Assembly: GCA_044336815.1 (NCBI GenBank)
Contig: JBIIOU010000002.1
Location: 1-49,099 of the forward strand
Source of the DNA: Candidatus Nanopelagicales bacterium
GTDB lineage: Bacteria; Actinomycetota; Actinomycetes; S36-B12
DNA: 49,099 nt
Direction: 5' to 3'
The translations under genes were made by a program, and so were the position numbers. Shown in pieces: positions 9,317 to 16,873 of the stretch. Within the stretch, counting starts at the first letter, position 1. Each line of letters begins with the position of its first letter. A model generated the notes under the pieces. It had not been told where the DNA came from. It saw only the letters and a list, made by a program, of their open reading frames with translations, and ran no database searches.

Positions 9317-9419
9317 CTCCCAGCGGGTCGCCACGGATGAGACGCGACCTTTCAAGATCGGGCTGCTGGTATGCAGGGCTCGAGGGCCGGATGGATCCGA
9401 CTCGTAAATTTTCAGCTGA

Positions 9420-10364
9420 ATGGCTAAGTTTTCCCTAATAGCCGACGATAAATCTCACGTGGCTACAAATGTTGACAGTCAATCTTTGGTGTCGGGCGGT
9501 GGATTAGCCACCGAGTTGTACGACTTTCGCAATCCGTCCAAGTTCACGCGTGATCACCAGCGAATTCTGGAGCAGGTCCTAGAGACCTATGGCGACCAAA
9601 CCGGCGGCATGATTACCTCCAAGCTCCGCACCTCTTGCTCCCACGACCTGGAATCCCTGCAGCAGGTCACCTATGGCGCATTCATAAATTCGCTGCCTGA
9701 GGAGACCGTGATCTTGGTAGCAGCGCTGAGCCCGCTTAGCTCATCCGGCATTATCCACTTGCCCCTTGATTTCGCCATGCTTACGGTCGACCTGCCCTTG
9801 GGCGGGCCCGGCGACGACGAACAACCGGCACGCGGCCTGACCGATATCGAGGAGGCCTTGGTTGGCGACCTCGGCCTGAGTTTGGTCGGAGCACTTCGCT
9901 ACAGCTTCGAGGGAATCACCAACTTGGATCCAAGCCTGAGTGGGCAGTTTTCCTCACCTGAACTTGTGCACGCTGCCTCCACGAATGATCAGATGCTAGT
10001 AGCGACCTTCCGTTTGGAGATAAAAGAGCGGGAGTTCCGCACGGCACTAGCTATGCCGCTCGGACCGATACTTCCGGCTCTCGACTCGGCCCTTGCTGCA
10101 CGGCGAGCCGAGCGGAGCACCACCGATCAGGCACAGTTCAAAGTGGCGGTTGAAGAGCGCGTGCGGCTGGCACCGGTTGTTGTATCTGTGCGCCTACGCC
10201 CCACCCAAGGGCGACTTTCAGATTTCACCTCCCTCGCGGCGGGCGATGTATTCCGCCTTGGCCATCCCAAGGACGCACCATGGGAGGTCACAAGTTCCGG
10301 CGTCGTGTTCGCGCACGCACTGCCGGGTGGCGAGGGTACCCAAGCAGCATTTCGAGTTGTTTAA
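9420..10364 (+). CDS. fliM: Flagellar motor switch protein FliM
   Basis: 314 aa, colinear by eye with the FliM middle and C-terminal SpoA-like domains (YDFRNPSKFTRDHQRILEQV..., ...GDVFRLGHPKDAPWEVTSSGVVFAHALPG). Lies between fliL and fliN. Confidence 0.85.
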   Translation: MAKFSLIADDKSHVATNVDSQSLVSGGGLATELYDFRNPSKFTRDHQRILEQVLETYGDQTGGMITSKLRTSCSHDLESLQQVTYGAFINSLPEETVILVAALSPLSSSGIIHLPLDFAMLTVDLPLGGPGDDEQPARGLTDIEEALVGDLGLSLVGALRYSFEGITNLDPSLSGQFSSPELVHAASTNDQMLVATFRLEIKEREFRTALAMPLGPILPALDSALAARRAERSTTDQAQFKVAVEERVRLAPVVVSVRLRPTQGRLSDFTSLAAGDVFRLGHPKDAPWEVTSSGVVFAHALPGGEGTQAAFRVV

Positions 10365-10381
10365 TCCGGCGAGGAGTAAGA

Positions 10382-11221
10382 ATGAGCGTTAACCAAGATG
10401 CGCGTCAGCAGGCTCTCATTATTGAGCAGATGCGGATGTCTATGTCGGCAGTGTGTGATGCGCTGTCGGTAACTTCGGTAGTTACCTCGGGCGACCCGTC
10501 GACAACCGCGTTAGACATCGACATCACATCCGCCACCGCCATGGCCGTGGTTGCTGTTGAAGGGTCGATCAACGGCAGCTTAATGATCGCCCTGCTCGCT
10601 GGTGCCAGCCCCGATATCACCACCTCCGAAGGCTTGGTCGATGCACTCGAAGATGCAATCGACGCAATGTCACAGGTTCTTGATTCAGAAATCGGTGCAC
10701 CCGCGCCGGCATCGGGTGCACCCACCATCCCCGCCGACATCAGCGTGCCATTACTTGTTGACGGCGCCGCCGTTGGCGCTGTACTGCTATTTCTCGCGGA
10801 ACCAGCGGCAGCCGCAGAACCAGCGGCAGCCGCAGAACCAGCGGCAACCGAAGAGCCCGCGACGGCTCCGGAATCCGCTCCTGAGCCTGCACCGCAAGCA
10901 GCACCGCAAGCAGCACCGCAAGCAGCACCGCAAGCAGCACCTGCTGCTGCTCCGGTTGCCGCTGCGTCGGTGCTGAGCATCCCGAAGCAAATTGATGCAC
11001 TAGCGAGTGTCCAGATGGAAATAACTATCGAGGTGGGCCGTACCTTCTTGCCCATTGGGCAACTCCTGCAGTTGCAGCCGGGTCAGATTGTCGAACTCGA
11101 TCGCGAGGTTGGAACGCCCCTCGACATGTACATAAACGGCACCTTGCTCGCTCGAGGAGAAATAGTCGTGGTTGATGATCAATTCGGATTCCGTGTGACT
11201 TCCGTTGTAGCAGCGGGCTGA
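10382..11221 (+). CDS. fliN: Flagellar motor switch protein FliN with a long N-terminal extension (FliY-like length)
   Basis: ATG 10382 follows GAGGAG. The C-terminal SpoA/FliN domain reads MEITIEVGRTFLPIGQLLQLQPGQIVELDREVGTPLDMYINGTLLARGEIVVVDDQFGFRVTSV. The ORF-track start at 10280 overlaps fliM. Confidence 0.88.
   Translation: MSVNQDARQQALIIEQMRMSMSAVCDALSVTSVVTSGDPSTTALDIDITSATAMAVVAVEGSINGSLMIALLAGASPDITTSEGLVDALEDAIDAMSQVLDSEIGAPAPASGAPTIPADISVPLLVDGAAVGAVLLFLAEPAAAAEPAAAAEPAATEEPATAPESAPEPAPQAAPQAAPQAAPQAAPAAAPVAAASVLSIPKQIDALASVQMEITIEVGRTFLPIGQLLQLQPGQIVELDREVGTPLDMYINGTLLARGEIVVVDDQFGFRVTSVVAAG
10799..10852 (+). repeat. Three tandem 18-bp in-frame repeats in fliN encoding EPAAAA-EPAAAA-EPAATE
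   Basis: gaaccagcggcagccgca occurs twice, followed by gaaccagcggcaaccgaa. Confidence 0.9.
10889..10936 (+). repeat. Four tandem 12-bp in-frame repeats in fliN encoding (APQA)x4
   Basis: gcaccgcaagca occurs four times without interruption. Confidence 0.9.
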
Positions 11222-11243
11222 CTCGAGAAATCTCATTTGACTA

Positions 11244-11795
11244 ATGGATACCCTCTGGCTCACCCTCAGATTTGTTGTATCCCTTGCCGTCGTCATTGGG
11301 CTCATCTGGGGCCTAGCGCGGGTCAAGAAGCGTGTTAGCCCCAAGGGCGCCGGCACCATCAATTTGGTTTCAAAGGTGCCGGTCAGCAAGAAGGGCAGCC
11401 TGCTCCTCGTTGAGGTTGGTGGCAAGACCATGATGCTCGGCGCGACGGATACCAGCATCACGTTACTTAGTGTTATAGACACTGCAGCTGACATCGAAGA
11501 AGGCAAGGAAGACAGAAGGCCGGTATCCCTGGACTCACTGCTAGATGAACAGCTCGAGTCGGGGCTGATGCTGGACCCAGATCTTCAGTATCCAGATCTT
11601 CAGTATCCAGATCTTCAGTACCCAGATCTTCAGTACCCAGATCTTCAGTACCCAGATCTTCAGTACCCAGATAGCAAAGAAGTAGCTGCATTGCACCGTC
11701 CCACGGGCGAAGGCCGCCTGGCCGGATCCGTCCTCTCGCCAACCACTTGGCGCCAACTGACCGAGGTCCTGCGCGAGAAGACTGTTCGCTCATGA
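11244..11795 (+). CDS. fliO: Flagellar biosynthesis protein FliO with a repeat-containing C-terminal extension
   Basis: N-terminal single TM (LRFVVSLAVVIGLIWGLARV) followed by VSKKGSLLLVEVGGKTMMLGATDTSITLL, typical of FliO/FliZ. Lies between fliN and fliP. The stop overlaps the fliP ATG. Confidence 0.75.
   Translation: MDTLWLTLRFVVSLAVVIGLIWGLARVKKRVSPKGAGTINLVSKVPVSKKGSLLLVEVGGKTMMLGATDTSITLLSVIDTAADIEEGKEDRRPVSLDSLLDEQLESGLMLDPDLQYPDLQYPDLQYPDLQYPDLQYPDLQYPDSKEVAALHRPTGEGRLAGSVLSPTTWRQLTEVLREKTVRS
11577..11672 (+). repeat. Six tandem 15-bp in-frame repeats plus a partial copy in fliO, encoding (DLQYP)x6
   Basis: ccagatcttcagtat x2, then ccagatcttcagtac x4, then ccagat. The copies differ only at a synonymous third position. 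Confidence 0.95.
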
Positions 11796-12547
11796 TGCGG
11801 TGGCTGCGTTTTGGCCTGACCCTACTTGCCGGAACCTTCACCACGGCGGTTATCGGTATTGCGCTCGCAACGCCGGCCCAGGCGGTCACAATCGAGTTGC
11901 CCGACCTCACGAGTGGCGAAGGCCCAACGAGTGCAATCGTGTTGCTGCTCACCCTTACCGTGTTGGCTGTCGCGCCAGCTCTACTCCTTTTAACTACGAG
12001 TTTCACGAAGATCATCGTGGTTCTGTCACTTACCCGCAATGCGCTGGGCTTACAAGGTATCCCGCCGAATCAGGTACTTGCTGGGTTGGCGATCTTTCTG
12101 AGCTTCTTCGTGATGTCGCCAGTTTTCGGTGTGATAAACACCGATGCCCTCCAGCCCTATCTGGACGGTTCTATCACCTTCGGTCAGGCTTTCGATATCG
12201 GCAGAATCCCCCTCGAGACTTTCATGCTCGCACAAACCCGCCCAGAAGAACTGGCCCTAATGGTGCAGGTATCGCAAGAGCCACCGCCTGCAACACCAAG
12301 TGATGTCTCGCTTACCACCTTGGTCCCGGCCTTCATCCTCTCAGAGCTGCGGGCTGCATTCATCATCGGTTTCGTGATCTTTTTGCCGTTCCTCATCATC
12401 GACATGGTCGTGAGCTCGGGACTGATGTCGGTCGGCATGATCATGCTCCCGCCTGTTTTAGTCTCGCTCCCCTTCAAGCTCTTGCTCTTCGTCCTCGTCG
12501 ATGGCTGGACATTGATCGTCACGGCGCTCGTCGGCAGTTATGGATAG
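11792..12547 (+). CDS. fliP: Flagellar export apparatus protein FliP
   Basis: The ATG at 11792 is coupled to the fliO stop by an ATGA overlap (fliO TGA at 11793-11795). Signal peptide MMRWLRFGLTLLAGTFTTAVIGIALATPAQA, then the conserved FliP core (…TSFTKIIVVLSLTRNALGLQGIPPNQVL…FLPFLIIDMVVSSGLMSVGMIMLPP…). Confidence 0.95.
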   Translation: MMRWLRFGLTLLAGTFTTAVIGIALATPAQAVTIELPDLTSGEGPTSAIVLLLTLTVLAVAPALLLLTTSFTKIIVVLSLTRNALGLQGIPPNQVLAGLAIFLSFFVMSPVFGVINTDALQPYLDGSITFGQAFDIGRIPLETFMLAQTRPEELALMVQVSQEPPPATPSDVSLTTLVPAFILSELRAAFIIGFVIFLPFLIIDMVVSSGLMSVGMIMLPPVLVSLPFKLLLFVLVDGWTLIVTALVGSYG

Positions 12548-12555
12548 GTGACTAG

Positions 12556-12825
12556 ATGTCTGAATCAAATGTCGTCGAATTAAGTACCCAACTGATGTGG
12601 ACCGCGGCCTTACTCGCGGCCCCGATCCTTCTAACCGCGTTAATTGTTGGATTGGCCGTTTCACTGTTTCAGGGCCTTACCAGTTTGCAAGATCAGACCC
12701 TGTCATTTGTGCCAAAGATCATTGCCGTCGGAATCGCTCTGGTGATCGCAGCGAGTTGGATGGTTCAGACACTGTTGTCATTCACCGTCAACGCATTCGC
12801 CATGATTCCGGACCTGCTCCGGTGA
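12556..12825 (+). CDS. fliQ: Flagellar export apparatus protein FliQ
   Basis: 89 aa, two TM segments, with the FliQ-like LAVSLFQGLTSLQDQTLSFVPKI. Lies between fliP and fliR. Confidence 0.93.
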   Translation: MSESNVVELSTQLMWTAALLAAPILLTALIVGLAVSLFQGLTSLQDQTLSFVPKIIAVGIALVIAASWMVQTLLSFTVNAFAMIPDLLR

Positions 12826-12834
12826 GGACCCAAG

Positions 12835-13608
12835 GTGTTTGACCTTGGAATCAGCACGGAGCAGATCATGGGCTTCCTGCTGGTCTTTGCGCGAGTCGGC
12901 GCCTGGGTTTGGCTGACCCCTCCGTTCGGGGGAGGATTCCTGCCCCCTCTCGTTCGCGTCATGGCTGGGTTGGCTTTCGCTCTTCCGATGACCCCTGCGG
13001 CCATTGCTGCATCGGGTGGGATCTCCCTAGAGCCGGTTGATCTGCTGCTTCAATTTGCCCTGCAGATCGTGATCGGAGTAGCCCTCGGGTTGGTTTGCCT
13101 GATCCTGCTCTCGGCCGTGCAAGCAGCCGGTGCACTCATTGACGTCGCGAGTGGATTTTCGCTAGCGGCTGCCTACGATCCAATGATGCAGCAGCAGTCT
13201 GCAGTGATCAGCAAGGCTTATCAACTCATCGCAGGTGTCCTCATCCTGGTCTCCGGCGGGTACCTCATCCTCTTCGCTGGATTTTCCAAGACTTTCGAAG
13301 TACTCCCAATAGGTAACGGCCTCAGTACCGCCGCTACGGCAACGACTTTGACGGAGGCACTCAGTGTGTTCTTTGTCGCCGTCCTACAGATTGCCGGACC
13401 CATCGTCGCCGTGCTGCTCTTGGCGGATATCGGCCTTGGGCTGCTCACTCGAGTGGCTCCCACCATCAATATCTTCGTGCTGAGCTTCCCCGTCAAGATC
13501 GGTCTTACCTTGCTGTTGGTTGGTATTGCGCTCCCACAGCTCACCCCGGTTATTGCAGGGCTGACGGACTCCTCGGTCGACGCCATGCGGGGAATCGTGG
13601 GTAGGTGA
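12835..13608 (+). CDS. fliR: Flagellar export apparatus protein FliR
   Basis: GTG start, 257 aa, polytopic membrane protein with a FliR-like N-terminus (…FLLVFARVGAWVWLTPPFG…). Lies between fliQ and flhB. Confidence 0.9.
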   Translation: MFDLGISTEQIMGFLLVFARVGAWVWLTPPFGGGFLPPLVRVMAGLAFALPMTPAAIAASGGISLEPVDLLLQFALQIVIGVALGLVCLILLSAVQAAGALIDVASGFSLAAAYDPMMQQQSAVISKAYQLIAGVLILVSGGYLILFAGFSKTFEVLPIGNGLSTAATATTLTEALSVFFVAVLQIAGPIVAVLLLADIGLGLLTRVAPTINIFVLSFPVKIGLTLLLVGIALPQLTPVIAGLTDSSVDAMRGIVGR

Positions 13609-13609
13609 C

Positions 13610-14710
13610 ATGGCTGAGTCATCGAGTAAAACCGAAAAACCGACCCCGAAGAAACTCAAGGATGGAATCAAGCAGGGCCAGGTTGCACGAACCGCCGATC
13701 TAGCCGCATGGACCGGGCTCCTAGCACTGACCTTGGTCCTACCTTTAATGGTTGAGCAATTAACTGTTCAACTTGAGGCACTGCTCAAGATGATTCCGGA
13801 AATTGCCCGGCAGCCAAGCCCGGAGCTACTCGGTGATATCGCACTGCCGGCGACCTTGACCATGGCACTGCTAGTAGTGCCATTTTTCCTAGCGATCTTG
13901 GTTGTCACTCAAATCTCGGGCTGGATTCAAGGTGGTGCCCGCCCGTACCTTTCCCGGATTGCGCCAAAGGGCCGAAAGATCAGTCCACAGCAGGGCGCGA
14001 AGCGGATATTTGGAACCCAAGGACTGTGGGAGTTGGCCAAACAGATTCTAAAGACATCCGCGATCGGCTTGGTGCTCTGGCTCGTCATTAGCCGAACCGT
14101 GCAAATAATCTTTGGCTCGGGCCTGCTACCGCTGTCGACACTCGCCTCAACAACCGCCGCCGAGGGTATCCGGCTGGTCCAGATTGTCATCGCCACCGGG
14201 CTGCTGATCGCGATTGCCGACTACTTCGTGAGCCGCCAGAAAGTGCGTAAACAGTTGATGATGTCCACGCAGGAGGTCAAGGAGGAGTTTCGGCAGTCAG
14301 AGGGTGATCCCCTATTAAGAGCCATCATCCGGCGCCGCGCATTAGAGGCCTCCAGAAATCGAATGATGGCCGACGTGGCATTCGCCGACGCGGTTTTAGT
14401 TAACCCGACGCACGTGGCCGTGGCCATCAAGTACACCAAGCACCTAGGCGCTCCCCGGGTGGTGGCCAAGGGGGCGGGGGTAATTGCCGCCCGAATCCGC
14501 GAGATCGCAACCGAAAACCGGGTGCCTCTGGTGGAAGACATCCCCTTGGCTCGGACTTTGTATCGAAGTTGTGAGGTGGGCACCGAGATCCCACCTGAGC
14601 TGTTCACCGCCGTCGCCCGGGTGCTGGCCTTCGTGATAAATCTGAAGCGGCGGGGCGTACATGCGGGCCTGCACCATGCCCGTGAAGTGGATCTCACTAT
14701 TCCGGTCTAG
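13610..14710 (+). CDS. flhB: Flagellar export switch protein FlhB
   Basis: N-terminus SSKTEKPTPKKLKDGIKQGQVARTAD and the autocleavage NPTH site (AVLVNPTHVAVAIKY) are FlhB hallmarks. Confidence 0.96.
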   Translation: MAESSSKTEKPTPKKLKDGIKQGQVARTADLAAWTGLLALTLVLPLMVEQLTVQLEALLKMIPEIARQPSPELLGDIALPATLTMALLVVPFFLAILVVTQISGWIQGGARPYLSRIAPKGRKISPQQGAKRIFGTQGLWELAKQILKTSAIGLVLWLVISRTVQIIFGSGLLPLSTLASTTAAEGIRLVQIVIATGLLIAIADYFVSRQKVRKQLMMSTQEVKEEFRQSEGDPLLRAIIRRRALEASRNRMMADVAFADAVLVNPTHVAVAIKYTKHLGAPRVVAKGAGVIAARIREIATENRVPLVEDIPLARTLYRSCEVGTEIPPELFTAVARVLAFVINLKRRGVHAGLHHAREVDLTIPV

Positions 14711-14749
14711 AAATTCATTAAGTCCGGCAAGTCGCTGCCGATGAGGTAG

Positions 14750-16873
14750 TTGCCAGGACGGCAGGTATACCCATGGATGGTTTTCCCAAGGGCAGGGGCG
14801 TCCGTGCGCAAGATTCGCTGGTCACAGTTGGCGATTCCTATTGCGGTGATCTTGGTGATCGTGATGTTGATCATCCCGCTGCCCCCGGTGATCCTTGACC
14901 TCCTGATTACCTTCAATATTGCATCATCCCTTGTCATCTTGCTCACTGCGATTTATATCCGCAAACCCCTAGACTTCGCCACCTTCCCCGCCCTCTTGCT
15001 GATTGCAACGCTCTTCCGGCTCGGCCTGAATGTGAGCGTTACCCGCCAGGTATTGGTCAATGGCTACGCGGGTGAAGTCGTGGAGGCATTCGGCAGTTTC
15101 GTGATCGGCGGCTCCCTGATCGTTGGCCTCGTCATCTTCCTCATCCTCATTGTCATCCAGTTCGTCGTTGTCACAAAGGGTGCAGAGCGGGTTGCTGAGG
15201 TCGGCGCTCGATTTACCTTGGACGCGATGCCCGGCAAGCAGATGGCGATCGATGCCGACCTAAATGCCGGACTCATTGATGACGATGAGGCTCGTCGTAG
15301 GCGCGCAGAAGTGGCGGCAGAGGCCGACTTCTACGGTGCGATGGACGGTGGCTCGAAGTTCGTCAAAGGTGATGCGATCGCTGCCATCTTCATTACACTC
15401 ATCAACCTCTTCGGCGGCATCGCAATTGGTCTCACCCAAAAGGGGATGAGCTTCACGGAGGCGATCGATACCTACAGCCTCCTAACCGTCGGTGACGGCC
15501 TGACGGCGCAGATCCCAGCACTTATGCTCGCGGTCGCAACCGGACTTATGGTTACTCGGGCCGCATCCGATGGTGACATGTCCTCGGATGTCATCGCGCA
15601 ATTAAAGGGTCAGCGCCGCACGCTGATCATCGCCGGCGCCGGCATAGCGGCACTTGCCATCATTCCCGGCATGCCCGCCCTGCCATTTCTGGTGGTCGGT
15701 GGTGGGCTAATGCTGATTGGCCGGCGGCTGGCTCGCACGGCAGCGTCAACGGATAAGAAAGCCCTTGAGGCACCGGGCGCGCTAGCCGCATTAACCGCGG
15801 GCAAGCCGCTGCCCGACAGTCCCGAGGCCATCGTTAAAGACTTGCAGGTTGATGCACTCGAGCTTGGCCTCAGTTACGACATCATCGACCTGGTTGATCC
15901 CAATGTTGGTGGGGATCTGCTAATCCGCGTGAAGGCATTGCGCCGCAAACTTGCTATGGAGCTCGGCCTGGTACTTCCGACGGTTCGCACGCGGGACGAC
16001 ACCGACCTGCCCCTTGCTACATATCGGATTCGGTTGCACGGGGTAGAGGTGGCACGCGGCCAAGCACCCCCCGGACATGTACTCGTCATCGGTGACAACA
16101 TCGAGTCACTTCCGGGTGATGAAACCAAGGAACCGGTATTCGGCCTCGATGCTCGGTGGGTTCCCGTTGCCTTCCAGCGTCAAGCCGAACTAATGGGTGC
16201 AACGGTCATCGACCGAGCCTCCATTGTGACTACCCACCTTGCTGAGACAGTGCGCAAGCACGCGGCCGAACTCCTCTCCAGAGAGGATGTAAAGCTGTTG
16301 GTCGATTCGTTGCGTCAGAGCCACCCATCTGTTGTCGAAGAGTTGACCCCTGCTCAAGCCACACTCGGAGAAATCCAGCAGGTACTTCAGGGCTTGCTAC
16401 GCGAGCGGGTAGCAATCAGGGATCTCGCGCGCATATTCGAGGCAATGTCAGCCTGTATTCGCACCGGCCATAAGGGCACAGAAGCCCTCGTCGAGGCGGC
16501 TCGGGAGGTACTGGGGTCGGCAATCAGTTCGCGATCGGCGATGGATGGAGTGCTCCACGTCATCACCTTGGACCCTGGCTTCGAACAAAGCCTGCTTTCC
16601 TCGTCCCGGGCCGGGCAGGAGGGTCAGGTGCTGGCCATCGACGCAACTGTTCTCTCCCGAATGAGTTCTGACATCGCACGCCTAGTCAATGTGGCCGAAG
16701 AGACAGGTATCTCGCCCGTGCTCATCTGCGCGAGTCAACTCCGGGCCCCGCTGTACCGCCAACTACGGCACGAATTCCCAAGACTTCCCATTCTTTCGTA
16801 CTCAGAACTGGGCGGACCAATTGATATCCAGACAGTAGGGGCGGTGGGTAGTGAGCCTGCGAATGTTGCTTGA
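14750..16873 (+). CDS. flhA: Flagellar export gate protein FlhA
   Basis: FHIPEP family signatures (…VVTKGAERVAEVGARFTLDAMPGKQMAIDADLNAGLIDDDEARRRR…) with a large cytoplasmic C-domain. The start is uncertain (TTG 14750, ATG 14777 or GTG 14804). Confidence 0.95.
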   Translation: MPGRQVYPWMVFPRAGASVRKIRWSQLAIPIAVILVIVMLIIPLPPVILDLLITFNIASSLVILLTAIYIRKPLDFATFPALLLIATLFRLGLNVSVTRQVLVNGYAGEVVEAFGSFVIGGSLIVGLVIFLILIVIQFVVVTKGAERVAEVGARFTLDAMPGKQMAIDADLNAGLIDDDEARRRRAEVAAEADFYGAMDGGSKFVKGDAIAAIFITLINLFGGIAIGLTQKGMSFTEAIDTYSLLTVGDGLTAQIPALMLAVATGLMVTRAASDGDMSSDVIAQLKGQRRTLIIAGAGIAALAIIPGMPALPFLVVGGGLMLIGRRLARTAASTDKKALEAPGALAALTAGKPLPDSPEAIVKDLQVDALELGLSYDIIDLVDPNVGGDLLIRVKALRRKLAMELGLVLPTVRTRDDTDLPLATYRIRLHGVEVARGQAPPGHVLVIGDNIESLPGDETKEPVFGLDARWVPVAFQRQAELMGATVIDRASIVTTHLAETVRKHAAELLSREDVKLLVDSLRQSHPSVVEELTPAQATLGEIQQVLQGLLRERVAIRDLARIFEAMSACIRTGHKGTEALVEAAREVLGSAISSRSAMDGVLHVITLDPGFEQSLLSSSRAGQEGQVLAIDATVLSRMSSDIARLVNVAEETGISPVLICASQLRAPLYRQLRHEFPRLPILSYSELGGPIDIQTVGAVGSEPANVA

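Noticed and set aside
10405-11055. 216-aa ORF antisense to fliN, together with the 10602-10976, 10740-11000 and 10787-10990 ORFs
   Set aside because: These are Ala/Gly/Cys/Arg-rich low-complexity translations of the GC-rich repeat region on the wrong strand or frame. The sense frame encodes a recognisable FliN.
11577-11672. A regular 15-bp repeat array that could look CRISPR-like or like a satellite
   Set aside because: The units are contiguous with no spacers. They are in frame within fliO (DLQYP x6), too short for CRISPR repeats, and no cas genes are nearby.
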